64,000 nucleotides of DNA from Macrostomum hystrix (GCA_950097015.1 CATNEN010000007.1:1550001-1614000); one strand, 5' to 3'. Shown: positions 48,946-62,036, counted from the stretch's first letter. Made by a program: numbers and translations. The notes: generated by a model from the sequence alone, not told the origin.

Positions 48946-49368
48946 GTACCAACGTCTGTTGCGGAGGGAGGTAGACATTCATTTTAGGTGGGTTCGGCCC
49001 TTCTATTCTATTCATCCTAGCTAGAATTTTTCCATGCTAAATCCAGTTGAAATGCATTTGCTTGCAAATACCTCCAGTTTTCGTCACTATTAGTTTCATA
49101 ATGTTTTAAATATACAAAGCTGATCTAATTTGCCTATCGAAATTTCATAGTTGATTTTCTTGGCTTTTTTATTTTGTTGCATGCAATAATTGGGAATATT
49201 TCACGTTTGACTACATTAATCCTGAAAACTTTATTTAAAAAGGGAATTAGGATTTATTTATTTTTTGTTTTCTGTAAATAAAATATTTTTTCCATTTAAA
49301 TACTCTAACTAGTTTATAACTAAGCACTAATTAGACAAAAAGAGTTCTCAGGTTCGTATTGTCATCTG

Positions 49369-49854
49369 TTAGTAGGGCCTGTTGCAGCCTTCTAGACCGG
49401 AATCCGAAAACAGTTTGATGGACTGCCAGGAGAACATCAGAAAGTTGACTTGGCCAATGCCGCAGTGCAGAAAGCTATTGGCGCCGTAGATTATGGAGGC
49501 CGCAAAGTCCTTGCCGACCAGCACGTTCCAGACGCCGCCGAACCGCTCTTTAAGAAAGCGGCTCAAATTCTTGCTGACTTCTCCGCTCTCCGCTGCATCG
49601 ACGAAGACTTCGTGACTATTGAGTTTGGCTGCAGTTGTTGGATGATAAGATAAAAGATTCTGCTTCACCAGAGCAACCGCATAGGCTGGCATGGAAGTCT
49701 GGAACACTTTGAATTCTGCGGCGTTGTTGCTGTCCGCCCTGGCTTGGCCATCTCCGTGCAGTACGTCTCCAATGCGGAGCTGGCAGCTTGTGCAAAGTTC
49801 GCTACAGACGCTTGGGCCCGCAGCGGTCGATAAGTTCTTCTTGTTTTGCATCAT
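49369..49854 (-). CDS. Divergent dynein light chain type 1 (LC8/DYNLL family) protein, intronless
   Basis: LKERFGGVWNVLVGKDFAASIIY...FLHCGIGQVNFLMF resembles the LC8 core (FD..Y.PTWHCIVG.NFGS.V...F.YF..GQV..LLF). N-terminal extension present. Confidence 0.8.
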   Translation of the reverse strand: MMQNKKNLSTAAGPSVCSELCTSCQLRIGDVLHGDGQARADSNNAAEFKVFQTSMPAYAVALVKQNLLSYHPTTAAKLNSHEVFVDAAESGEVSKNLSRFLKERFGGVWNVLVGKDFAASIIYGANSFLHCGIGQVNFLMFSWQSIKLFSDSGLEGCNRPY

Positions 49855-50963
49855 CCGAGTTCTGCTGCACTCAGCATTCGCTGCGTACCGCAGTTTCAAC
49901 TTCCCCTATTCCAATGGTGAACGCAACCAACGATTCCAGTCTGCACCATAGACATCACTTCGAATAGTGAAGCCGTGCAAATTTGATCGATTCGAAAGTG
50001 TTTTCGCTGGCCAATAACAAAGTCCAAGGTATATTGACGCTGTTATTTGAACCCGAAGTACGGTTCTTATTTTCAATAAAGACGTCATCGAGAGATATCG
50101 TTGACGTTGGTACAGCGAAAAGTACAAACTAATAAGGATATAAAAGTTCAAAAAAAGCGAATCGGAATTCCTTTCCTTTTTAACTGGCGTCTTTTCTATA
50201 TTGGCTTGGCTGCACTGCGTCACATTGCTAGTCCCGAAACTTCAGTTACATGTACTATAATTCGGACATGTGCGAGCCTTTGTTTTCGATTGCGCCTTGC
50301 GTCCGGTACGACCGACTGACCGCGCCAGTCGCATGTAAATTGCAAAGTGCGAATTCCTTGCGCGTCTATGGTCGGCATCCCTTTGATGTCGGCTCTTGGC
50401 TACCACGCCGACTTTGTCCTTTCATTCCTTCTCCTGTTCCGAGTCGCGCAGACCCTCATCGTTTTTCCTTTCCGCGTCTGCCTGTCTAGCCGCTGCCCCA
50501 TTTTCTCTAGACAACAATTCTTTGTTACTCTCTCTTGTCTCTCTGCATCAGATGAATAATGGGCGCGGTAGCTTTCATTTTTAAGTTATTTATCTCTCTT
50601 TGGATTGCATTGACATTCCTTTGGTTGGAAGGTGTTCTGAAAGTCCTCACAAAGTGGTCAATAATGATAGTCAACAGCCCATCCGGCGACGTCTTCTTTT
50701 AAGGTCAAAAACTTTTGAAAACTCCAGTTACGAGTTTTTGATCACACTGACCGACCACTTTCTCTCTTTTCTCCAGTACCTTGGTACCTTTCTACCATAG
50801 ACATCTTTAGGCCTCAAGAAAGGCTTCTTAATGTGAAGCAGTTGCTGTCTCCACTTCTTTTTTAAAGTCGCTGTTGAAAAGTTTGAGACCCGAGATTACA
50901 AACAAATTACTATTTTTAATTTGCGGTCTATTCTACCTCATACGTATCCGTCATCTGTCAGTA

Positions 50964-51665
50964 ATGGGATTTTTGCATCAATCGAACTCATACGCATCGG
51001 AAATTCCAGCGACATCCGCCAGTCGCAGCAGATTCGCCGGCTCCCCGCGCTTCACCGCAGCCTTTGCTGCTGGCCACCAAATTAGGATGCGAGCATCGAA
51101 TAATCTCCTGGCTCATTGCTGGCACCTGTGCTGCTGCTGCTGTCGGCGTCAGCGTCGCAGGCTTCTAACTCGCCGATACACTGTACTGATTCTGCTTGCT
51201 GGCGTGCTGGTCTTTGCCTGGCTTTTGTACATCAGTTCGCCTAGTCCGACGGCCGGCGGCGCGGACTCCGGCAGTAGCGGCGTCGCGGGGCCGCTGACCG
51301 CCTCGCTGCGGACGCTGGCTGGTGGAGGCGGAGTCGGGGCCCTGTGGAACAGTCTGGTGAAGGCTGTGAAACTGTCCGCGCCGCGACCGGGCGACAACGG
51401 GGCGGCTGTTGTCGTTCCAAGCGAACTGGCCGAACGGGCCAAGAGCCTGTTCTCGGAGAACCAGTTCAACCTGGTGGCAAGCGATCTGATGGCCCTAAAT
51501 CGTACTCTACCAGATTATCGCATGTCGGCTTGTCAGAGCAAACTCTACCCGGACCGGCTGCCAACAACCAGCGTTGTAATTGTGTTTCACAATGAGGCCT
51601 GGAGTACGCTGTTAAGAACTGTGCACTCGGTCATAGATAGATCATGCTCCGGCTGCCTTAAAGAG
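50964..51665 (+). CDS. GALNT: Polypeptide N-acetylgalactosaminyltransferase, exon 1
   Basis: Type II signal anchor [17 protein letters not shown], then FNLVASD..RTLPDYR and [21 protein letters not shown]. Donor GAG|GTTTGT. Alternative start at 51087. Confidence 0.9.
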
Positions 51666-52114
51666 GTTTGTTTGTAGCGTTAATTTAATGATTAGAAAGC
51701 TTCTCTTGGTTGTGCGACGTCTCGTTGATCCCGAAGTTTCTTTGATCCCGAAGTTTCTTTGATCCTGAAGTTTCAGTGTTTCCGAAGTTTTAATGATTGT
51801 GAAGTTTCAGTGATTCTGGTGGTTCAGAGATTCTTATAATTCCTTATATTTATCGTCCTTTTCGTGGTGTGCATTTGGTGCTACTTGACAGTAGTAATGA
51901 AGGGCTATCATTGGTATTTATCTATTTTGCGTTTCCCGTAATACCCCTGAACCAAGCAGACACGACAAGCTTTTTTTAGTATTTAAGAATTATGTACAAA
52001 ATAATAACTGAATCTGGATTTCCTGAATCGGAATTTACTTTCTGAATCTCTAATTCCCAGAATCAAGACTAAAAGAGAATTAGAATTTCCAGATATCGAG
52101 ATTTCCCTAAATCG

Positions 52115-52300
52115 TGATTTCCCCTAATCGGGATTTCTCTAAGTCGGGATTTCCCTAAATCGGGATTTCCCTAAATCAGGATGTCCCTAGATCGAGATTT
52201 CCCTAAATCGGGATTTCCCTAAATCGGGATTTCCCTAAATCGGGATTTCCCTAAATCGGGATTTCCCTAAATCGGGATTTCCCTAAATTTGGATTTCCTT
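52115..52300. repeat. 16-bp minisatellite in GALNT intron 1
   Basis: Unit GGATTTCCCTAAATCG. Confidence 0.85.
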
Positions 52301-52348
52301 AAATCGATTAGAAAGGTATCTCTAATAAAAAATCAATGCTTCCCGCAG

Positions 52349-52942
52349 GTGATCCTAGTTGACGACAGCAGTACGCGGCCGTTCCTGGGCAAGCCTTTGG
52401 ACGAGTACGTGGCGGGCCTGACTATTCCCACCCGGGTGCTGCGGATGCCCAGCCGAAGCGGCCTGATCCGAGCCCGCCTGCGCGGCGCCACTGTGGCCAC
52501 CGGGGACACGATCACATTTCTAGATGCCCACTGCGAAGCTACTATCGGCTGGCTGGAGCCCCTTCTAGCCGAGATCAAACGGAATCGCCGGTCAGTTGCC
52601 TGCCCAATCATTGACGTCATCAATGAGCAGAATTTCCAATACGTGCCAGCATCCGACAGCACCTGGGGCGGATTCAATTGGCGACTGAATTTTCGCTGGT
52701 ACCCAGTGCCGCAGAGAGAGTTTGACAGACGCAAACAGGATCGAACTATGCCTATGTACACGCCCACAATGGCCGGTGGACTTTTTACCATAGACAGGCG
52801 TTATTTCTACGAGATCGGAGCCTACGATTCCGGTATGGATATTTGGGGCGGCGAAAATCTCGAAATGTCATTCCGAGTTTGGATGTGCGGCGGCCGACTC
52901 CTATTGGTCACGTGCTCTCGGGTTGGCCATGTGTTTAGAAAG
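52349..52942 (+). CDS. GALNT: ppGalNAc-T exon 2 (GT-A catalytic domain)
   Basis: VILVDD, GLIRARL.GA, FLDAHCE (DxH), [35 protein letters not shown] flanks. Confidence 0.97.
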
Positions 52943-53104
52943 GTGAGAATTCTCAAAACTCTCTTGTATTTACTGTTCTCCCTAAGCTCCTCTTAACTTT
53001 TGTCACGTGATCCTCTTCTTTCGCTTTTATGCAAGTAACCCTCTTGCTCGTTTTCTTTTTTTCACGTAGGCCTTTTCCGGGTGCTTGTAGCGCGAACATT
53101 TCTT

Positions 53105-53260
53105 CCTGGTGTTAGTTTATCCCGTGATCTTCTTTCCGGTGTTATTTCGTCACGTGACCTTTTCGGTGTTAGTTCGTCACGTGACCTTCTTTCCGGAGTT
53201 AGTTCGTCACGTGACCTTCTTTCCGGTGTTAGTTGGTCACGTGACCTCTTCTTTCCCTGT
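53105..53260. repeat. ~30-bp minisatellite in GALNT intron 2
   Basis: Unit GTTAGTTCGTCACGTGACCTTCTTTCCGGT. Confidence 0.8.
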
Positions 53261-53479
53261 TAGTTAGTCACGCCACCCTCTTTCATCGGAGGAATGGTTG
53301 ATCACGGATCCTCATTCTGTTAATGATTAGTCATCTTCCTTTTCTACCCAGTTAATAGTCACGTGACCCCATTATTTTAGCTGTTCTTGTGCGCTAGACG
53401 TTATCTAAATGAGTCTAGTATTAGTCTGCTGGATGCATATCGAAGTCTATCGAAGCATCGCAACTCTCCGCTTTGCCAG

Positions 53480-53721
53480 GTATCTCCCTACTCGTGGCCA
53501 GGCGGTGTCGCGAACATTCTCAACAAGAACGCGATGCGCACTGCTGCCGTCTGGATGGACGATTACAAAGACATGCTGCTGCGCATCAACCCCAGCCTGC
53601 GCTCGGTGGTCTACGGCGATGTGACAGCTAGGCTCAAACTGAGAAGTGGACTCAAGTGCAAGTCGTTTCGCTGGTATCTGGAGAACATCTATCCCGAGTC
53701 TCAACTTCCGATTGATGCCAG
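53480..53721 (+). CDS. GALNT: ppGalNAc-T exon 3
   Basis: SPYSWPGG...VWMDDYK...YGDV..R..LR..LKCKSFRWYLENIYPE. AG/GT flanks. Confidence 0.95.
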
Positions 53722-53744
53722 GTAACTGCTTCTCGGCTAGGGAT

Positions 53745-54220
53745 TCACTGGTTCACTGGTTTGGAAAGTCACTCCATCGTCACTGGTTCACTGGTTTGGA
53801 AGGGCGCTCCATCCTCACTTGTTCACTGGTTTGGAAAGTCACTCCATCCTCACTTGTTCACTGGTTTGGAAAGTCACTCCATCCTCACTTGTTCACTGGT
53901 TTGGAAAGTCACTCCATCCTCACTTGTTCACTGGTTTGGAAAGTCACTCCATCCTCACTTGTTCACTGGTTTAGAAAGTCACTCCATCCTCACTTGTTCA
54001 CTGGTTTGGAAAGTCACTCCATCCTCACTTGTTCACTGGTTTAGAAAGTCACTCCATCCTCACTTGTTCACTGGTTTAGAAAGTCACTCCATCCTCACTT
54101 GTTCACTGGTTTGGAAAGTCACTCCATCCTCACTGGTTCACTGGTTTAGAAAGTCACTCCATCCTCACTGGTTCACTGGTTTAGAAAGTCACTCCATCCT
54201 CACTTGTTCACTGGTTTGGA
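53745..54220. repeat. 35-bp minisatellite in GALNT intron 3
   Basis: Unit GTTCACTGGTTTGGAAAGTCACTCCATCCTCACTT. Confidence 0.9.
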
Positions 54221-54306
54221 AGGGCACACATCACAGTGTCACGAATTTCAGGCAGTCACTCATGAATATCTCACGAGCCTCTCAAACCCTACTTTTCACC
54301 CGACAG

Positions 54307-54724
54307 ATACCTTGGCCAGGTGGGTAACAAGCAATACGGCATGTGTATTGACACAATGGGTCGGCAGGCGTACGGCAAACTCGGGCTGGGTTCGTGCCAC
54401 GGCCAGGGTGGCAATCAGCTGTTTGCCTGGAGTCGCGACAATCGACTCCGCAGCGACGACCTGTGCTGGAGCCTGACTTATTCCGGCGCGGACCTCACAC
54501 TTGAGTCCTGCGACACTGCTCAGAGTTCTAAACAAATTTTTACCATAGACAGTAGCAGCAAGGCGCCTGGTGGAGGCTCTTCGTACAGGGTGCGACACGT
54601 TGCTACGGGACTGTGCTTGGCTGTGCCAACACTGCCAGCTCAGACCAAATCACAGCCTGCTATGGTTGCCTGCAGCGATGGCGAGGCTCAACTGTGGCAG
54701 TTGGAAGGCTTTAGGTCAGACTGA
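54307..54724 (+). CDS. GALNT: ppGalNAc-T exon 4 (ricin-type lectin domain)
   Basis: MCIDTMG...CHGQGGNQLF...DDLCW...CLAV...QLWQL*. Phase matches exon 3. Closest subfamily is probably GALNT1/13 (inference). Confidence 0.93.
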
Positions 54725-54759
54725 TGCGCTTGGGTCTATATTTCACATGTTTGCCACAG

Positions 54760-55942
54760 ATCAGACTGGAGATAGTAGGTGATTGATTGACAGGTCTGAC
54801 TGGAGATAGAAGATTGATTGATTGACAGGTCTGACTGGAGATAGAAGATTGCTTGATTGACAGGTCTGACTGGAAATAGAAGATTGATTGATTGGCAGGT
54901 CTGACTGGAGATAGAAGGTGATTGATTGACAGGTCTGACTGGAGATAGAAGGTGAATGATTGACAGGTCGGACTGGAGATAGAAGGTGAATGATTGACAG
55001 GTCTGACTGGAGATAGAAGGTGATTGATTGACAGGTCTGACTGGAGATAGAAGGTGATTGATTGACAGGTCTGACGAGATTAAAAATTGATTGATTGACA
55101 GGTCTGACTGGAGATAGAAGGTGATTGATTGACAGGTCTGACTGGAGATAGAAGGTGATTGATTGACAGGTCTGACGAGATTAAAAATTGATTGATTGAC
55201 AGGTCTGACTGGAGATAGAAGGTGATTGATTGACAGGTCTGACTGGAGATAGAAGGTGATTGATTGACAGGTCTGACTGGAGATAGAAGGTGATTGATTG
55301 ACAGGTCTGACGAGATTAAAAATTGATTGATTGACAGGTCTGACTGGAGATGGAAGGTGATTGATTGACAGGTCTGACTGGAGATAGAAGGTGATTGATT
55401 GACAGGTCTGACGAGATTAAAAATTGATTGATTGACAGGTCTGACTGGAGATTAAAAATTGATTGACAGATCTGACTGGAGATAGGAAATTGATTGACAG
55501 ATCTGACTGGAGATAGGAAATTGATTGACAGATCTGACTGGAGATAAAATATTGATTGATTGGCAGATCTTACTGGAGGTAGAAGGTGATTGGTTGACAG
55601 ATCTGACTGGAGATTGAGGTTGATTGATTGACAGGTCTGACTGGAGATTGAGATTGATTGATTGACAGGTCTGACTGGAGATAGGAAATTGATTGACAGA
55701 TCTGACTGGAGATAGAATATTGATTTATTGACAGATCTTACTGGAGATAGAAGGTGATTGGTTGACAGATCTGACTGGAGATTGAGGTTGATTGATTGAC
55801 AGGTCTGACTGGAGATTGAGATTGATTGATTGACAGGTCTGACTGGAGATAGAAGGTGATTGATTGACAGGTCTGACTGGAGATAGAATATTGATTTATT
55901 GACAGATCTTACTGGAGATAGAAGGTGATTGATTGACAGGTC
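54760..55942. repeat. ~34-bp minisatellite just 3' of the GALNT stop
   Basis: Unit GATTGATTGACAGGTCTGACTGGAGATAGAAGGT. Confidence 0.9.
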
Positions 55943-57454
55943 TATCAGTGGACATGAAAGCAATGGGCTGTGCTATGTCACTATTCCAATATTCCCTCAT
56001 TCGACTCTTAGTTTTCTTATGACAAATTTTATATACATTTTTGCGGAGAAATTGTTAAATTCTTTTTAATGTTTTTTTTATCATTCTATAATATTTTGTA
56101 CTTGACACATTACGACTTTCATATCATTCTATTGTTACATCGACAATACTTTACTATATTGATATTGTACTTACATGCGTGGTATACTTTAACTGTCTAT
56201 TTACTTGCTAGATCTTTTCTAGATTTTCTGTGCTCTTCTGTTGGCTTGTCGATCATGTTTTCCTAGAAAAGTTTCATTCCACTTTTATTAGCTGACAGAC
56301 ATGTTAAAGTAGCTATTCGATAGTTATTTATAAAAATAGCTCATTTCTTTACTTTATTTTTACTTACTTAGCTAGCGAAATAATAAGCAGAAATGTGAAA
56401 GCTGACTTTTTTATTGTGCCACGTGCTACCCTGTATTCGCAACTTTCCATTCTTAGCTTTTTTCTTCCATCTGTCCTTTGCAGATCGCTAAATGTGCTTT
56501 GATTTCTATGTTAACAAGGGTACACAGTTGACCTTTTTGACTTTGATTGATTGACAGAATAGTTTGATGAATTGATAAACCTAATGGCTACAAAATTTTT
56601 ATGAATTAATAGGCTTAAAATAAAATTTCGATAGGTTAATAGGCTTGGCATACAAGCTTGATAAATTGATTTGCTTGACATAAAAGCTTGGTAGGTTAAT
56701 AGACTTAAGAAAAAAATTATAGATTGAAAGGCTTGACAAAAAAGTGTGATACATTGATAGGCTTGACAGAAAAGTGTGATACATTGATAAGCTTGACAGA
56801 AAAGTGTGATGAATTGATAGGCTTGACAGAAATTACAAATAAATATCAATCAAAGTAAATAATTAAAATCATAAACGTGTTAATGAAAAACATTTTCATA
56901 AAATTTAAATCTTTCCGATGTGCCTTCTTCATTTTTTCCTAGAATGTTTATAGAAAGCATGTGAATGTTCTAACTATTAATTTTAATCAGACTAAATTAG
57001 ATTTGGCGCGAGTTTAAATTTATCTTTGCTTCTGACTATTCTATACCAGTATCGTTTGAGATCTGCCGTTTGCAATCCAAGTCAAGTTTTTTTAGTTTGT
57101 CATGATTTTTTCGATTTTTTCTTTTAAACAACATCGCATGCAGTCTGTGCGTGTTGTCCTACATCAGTTGAGCTCTCCAGATTATTAAAGCTATTTGGCA
57201 CTTTTGTTTCATGTTAGCATTGTAGAGCCTTGATCCTATTGTATTTGTTGACACCTTACTGTACCAACATCAATAAATTATGTACTTGCTCTGCTGATAA
57301 AATTATACTGCTCTTTACATGACGGATCTGCTAAATATCTGACTGAAAACTATCACCATCTTTTCATATTTATTGCTTTCAATTCTATTTCTTACAAGTT
57401 ATCAAATTTAAATTTCCCTAAACTCGACCTATTGTCACCATCCCAGATGCTCAA

Positions 57455-59105
57455 ATTGAGCAGCCATCCTCCCAGATCCTCAGATTGAGCAGCCATTCTC
57501 CCAGATCCTCAGATTGAGCAGCCATCCTCCCAGATCCTCAGATTGAGCAGCCATTCTCCCAGATCTTCTAATTGAGCAGCCATTCTCCCAGATCTTCTAA
57601 TTGAGCAGCCATTCTCCCAGATCCTCAGATTGAGCAGCCATTCTCCCAGATGCTCAAATTGAGCAGCCATTCTCCCAGATGCTCAAATTGAGCAGCCATT
57701 CTCCCAGATCCTCAGATTGAGCAGCCATTCTCCCAGATCCTCAGATTGAGCAGCCATTCTCCCAGATGCTCAAATTGAGCAGCCATTCTCCCAGATGCTC
57801 AAATTGAGCAGCCATTCTCCCAGATCCTCAGATTGAGCAGCCATTCTCCCAGATGCTCAAATTGAGCAGCCATTCTCCCAGATGCTCAAATTGAGCAGCC
57901 ATTCTCCCAGATCCTCAGATTCAGCAGCCATCCTCCCAGATCTTCTAATTGAGCAGCCATTCTCCCAGATCCTCAGATTGAGCAGCCATTCTCCCAGATG
58001 CTCAAATTGAGCAGCCATTCTCCCAGGAGCTCAGATTGAGCAGCCATTCTCCCAGGAGCTCAGATTGAGCAGCCATCCTCCCAGATCCTCAGATTGAGCA
58101 GCCATCCTCCCAGATCCTCAGATTGAGCAGCCAGTCTCCCAGATCCTCTAATTGAGCAGCCATCCTCCCAGATCCTCAGATTGAGCAGCCATTCTCCCAG
58201 ATCTTCTAATTGAGCAGCCATTCTCCCAGATGCTCAAATTGAGCAGCCATTCTCCCAGATCCTCAGATTGAGCAGCCATTCTCCCAGATGCTCAAATTGA
58301 GCAGCCATTCTCCCAGATGCTCAAATTGAGCAGCCATTCTCCCAGATCCTCAGATTCAGCAGCCATTCTCCCAGATCCTCAGATTGAGCAGCCATTCTCC
58401 CAGATGCTCAGATTGAGCAGCCATTCTCCCAGATCTTCTAATTGAGCAGCCATTCTCCCAGATCCTCAGATTGAGCAGCCATTCTCCCAGATGCTCAAAT
58501 TGAGCAGCCATTCTCCCAGATGCTCAAATTGAGCAGCCATTCTCCCAGATCCTCAGATTGAGCAGCCATTCTCCCAGATCCTCAGATTGAGCAGCCATTC
58601 TCCCAGATGCTCAAATTGAGCAGCCATTCTCCCAGATGCTCAAATTGAGCAGCCATTCTCCCAGATCCTCAGATTGAGCAGCCATTCTCCCAGATGCTCA
58701 AATTGAGCAGCCATTCTCCCAGATGCTCAAATTGAGCAGCCATTCTCCCAGATCCTCAAATTGAGCAGCCATTCTCCCAGATGCTCAAATTGAGCAGCCA
58801 TTCTCCCAGATCCTCAGATTGAGCAGCCATTCTCCCAGATCCTCAGATTGAGCAGCCATTCTCCCAGATGCTCAAATTGAGCAGCCATTCTCCCAGATGC
58901 TCAAATTGAGCAGCCATTCTCCCAGATGCTCAAATTGAGCAGCTATTCTTCCAGATCCTCAGATTGAGCAGTCAGCCTCCCAGATGCTCAGATTGAGCAG
59001 CCATCCTCCCAGATCCTCTAATTGAGCAGCCAGTCTCCCAGATCCTCTAATTGAGCAGCCAGTCTCCCAGATCCTCTAATTGAGCAGCCATCCTCCCAGA
59101 TGCTC
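57455..59105. repeat. 29-bp satellite
   Basis: Unit ATTGAGCAGCCATTCTCCCAGATCCTCAG. Confidence 0.95.
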
Positions 59106-59629
59106 AGATGTCCACCTGTTGAGGAGTTGGAATCCTGAGTAAACTTAAATTTAATTCCTTTAATCTGAGCACATCGTGTATACTTGGATGCACGCATTGC
59201 ATAAATCGTGAGCTTTAAAGGAGGAGGCGTGAATTCCCCTGCACTCACAAATCTATTTATGAGTAGTAATTGAGCAGTGGTGTAGCTTTCCAGTGTACAC
59301 ATCTCAGTTTAATGAAGAAACTGTGTTCCAGTGTTTATTCTCTTCTTGGCTATCCAACTTTTTACACTTCAGAGCTGGCTTTTGTGATTTATAGTATTTT
59401 CTTAACAGCTCTCAATACCAGCTCACCACTAGGCTACAACCCAAGTCGATATATAAAGGAAAATCAAGATAATCATATTGTTTCATGACTTGTAGTTCTT
59501 CTGAGCCTAAGAGTTTCAAATGTATGAGGACCAGCTTGTCATCCTTAGTTAGCCGGCTGCATTGTCTTGTCTGTTTTTGCATTGTTCCTTTTTCGCATTG
59601 TTTTCTGTGCTTTTTAGTCGGTGTTCGAG

Positions 59630-60320
59630 CCACGCGAATGATAAGCTAGTGCCATGCGAATGATAAGCTAGTGCCATGCGAATGATAAGCTAGTGCCATG
59701 CGAATGATAAGCTAGTGCCACGTAAATGATAAGCTAGTGCCACGTAAATGATAAGCTAGTGCCACGCGAATGATAAGTTAGTGCCACGTAAATGATAAGC
59801 TAGTGCCACGTAAATGATAAGCTAGTGCCACGTAAATGATAAGCTAGTGCCACGTAAATGATAAGCTAGTGCCACGCGAATGATAAGTTAGTGCCACGTA
59901 AATGATAAGCTAGTGCCACGTAAATGATAAGCTAGTGCCACGTAAATGATAAGCTAGTGCCACGTAAATGATAAGCTAGTGCCACGTAAATGATAAGCTA
60001 GTGCCACGTAAATGATAAGCTAGTGCCACGTAAATGATAAGCTAGTGCCACGCGAATGATAAGTTAGTGCCACGTAAATGATAAGCTAGTGCCACGTAAA
60101 TGATAAGCTAGTGCCACGTAAATGATAAGCTAGTGCCACGTAAATGATAAGCTAGTGCCACGTAAATGATAAGCTAGTGCCACGTAAATGATAAGCTAGT
60201 GCCACGCGAATGATAAGTTAGTGCCACGTAAATGATAAGCTAGTGCCACGCGAATGATAAGTTAGTGCCACGCGAATGATAAGCTAGTGTCATGCGAATG
60301 ATAAGCTAGTGTCATGCGAA
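59630..60320. repeat. 22-bp minisatellite
   Basis: Unit AATGATAAGCTAGTGCCACGTA. Confidence 0.92.
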
Positions 60321-60354
60321 TAACTCTTTGTTCGTGAATAGCTTGTCACTGGTT

Positions 60355-60735
60355 TGTTAATAGCTTGTGAATGGCTTGTGAATGGCTTGTGAATGGTTTT
60401 AGAATGGTTCGTGAATGGCTTGTAAATGGCTTGTGAATGGTTTTAGAATGGTTCGTGAATGGTTTTAGAATGGTTCGTGAATGGCTTGTGAATGGCTTGT
60501 GAATGGCTTGTGAATGGTTTTAGAATGGTTCGTGAATGGTTTTAGAATGGTTCGTGAATGGCTTGTGAATGGCTTGTGAATGGTTTAAGAATGGCTTGTG
60601 AATGGCTTGCAAATGGCTTGTGAATGGCTTGTGAATGGCTTGTGAATGGTTTTAGAATGGTTCGTGAACGGCCTGTGAATGGCTTGTAAATGGTTTAAGA
60701 ATGGCTTGTGAATGGCTTGTAAATGGCTTGTGAGT
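60355..60735. repeat. 11-bp minisatellite
   Basis: Unit GAATGGCTTGT and variants. Confidence 0.9.
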
Positions 60736-61660
60736 GTCACGGGTAGTGTCAATCTAAATCTGTCATTAGCATCGTGATTTTATATTTCGTGAAAGCAAGC
60801 AAAAAGAAACCATATTGAATTACTTCCCTGTCCGTTTTATCTAACTGCTGGCTGTTTCTCCTCATTTTTCCATATCCCTTTCGTTACTATTTGCTTGGCG
60901 ATGGAAGTGAGAGCTAATGGATAAGAAGGCCGAGTATAAGTTGAAATGGGAGAGGTCTTCAAGGCCAGGAAATATTCGATACACAAAAATACTATCGAGT
61001 GGGATATTGTGCCCCAGATTTTGTCGGGCCTTCGCGCTGCCTCTTCCCGATTCTGGAATCGACATCTCGAGGGCGGAGACTTTCGGCATGTTTCTGTCGT
61101 TCCTCCCCAGGTCTACCAGCCAGCCAGCCAGCCAGACCCAGCTAACGAGCGAGGCCGCGACCGCCCCTCGCCGGCTGAAGTGCATTCAGACTGGCCAGGC
61201 GAGAGGAGAGGAGAGAGGGAGAAAGAGAGCGTAGAGGATGTAAGGATGGGGACTCAAACTGGGACGGTCTGTGAGATCCTCTCTTCCCCCCTCGGACTCA
61301 TTCCCATGGCAACAACACGCACTAGGATCTGGGATTCGGGACGAGATTAGATGAACCCCTGGCGGGTTTCTGGAGATACTCAGCTAGCTGAGGGGGGTGG
61401 GTGCCAATGTACAGGCCGCGCTTGCACAGCCACCTCCACTCCGCCGTGGCTACTCTCGCTACACTCGCTATTTGACGGCACAAAACAGCGCAGTAGAAGG
61501 CAGGTTGGCTTGTGCAGTAGGAGACTGTAGGTCTGTCTGTGCATTAGTTAGCGCATAGTTTACTGTGTAAGGCCCCGGGCAGCATAAGTAAGAAATTGTC
61601 TATTTTGCAGGTTAACAAATTTCGGTTGTCGCTGAGTCTGCTTCGAAACCTTATCGCGGC

Positions 61661-61762
61661 ATGGCATACGAGAATCTCGACCGTCCGCAGAGCAGCGGCG
61701 GCGGGGGCGGCAGCGCCGAGACCTCGATGAGGACCTTCACCATCTGGGTGCTGATTGCTCAG
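61661..61762 (+). CDS. CYB561: Cytochrome b561 family, exon 1
   Basis: MAYENL...FTIWVLIAQ|GTGAGT, phase 0. Confidence 0.8.
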
Positions 61763-62036
61763 GTGAGTCCTATAGACTATGGAAATAAGAGCAAAGAAAA
61801 GTTGGGGCAATTTTCGAATGCAAATTTGGCTTCATCAGAAAATAAATTGCTTCGATTGAGGCGTGCCAGATTGCTTTAAAATCAGCTGGGATTATTTCCT
61901 GGAATTTGTTTTCCTCTGAGCTTCTGTCCTTGATCGAACTATTTTTCCTGGTTTCTTGATTTTTTTTCAATTGCCTACTTTAAGTAGTTGATGAACGTTT
62001 TTTGCAGAAATTTCGAATCCCCAATTCTCCCCCCAG

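Noticed and set aside
60862-61350. Overlapping ORFs upstream of CYB561
   Set aside because: No recognisable domain or splice support.
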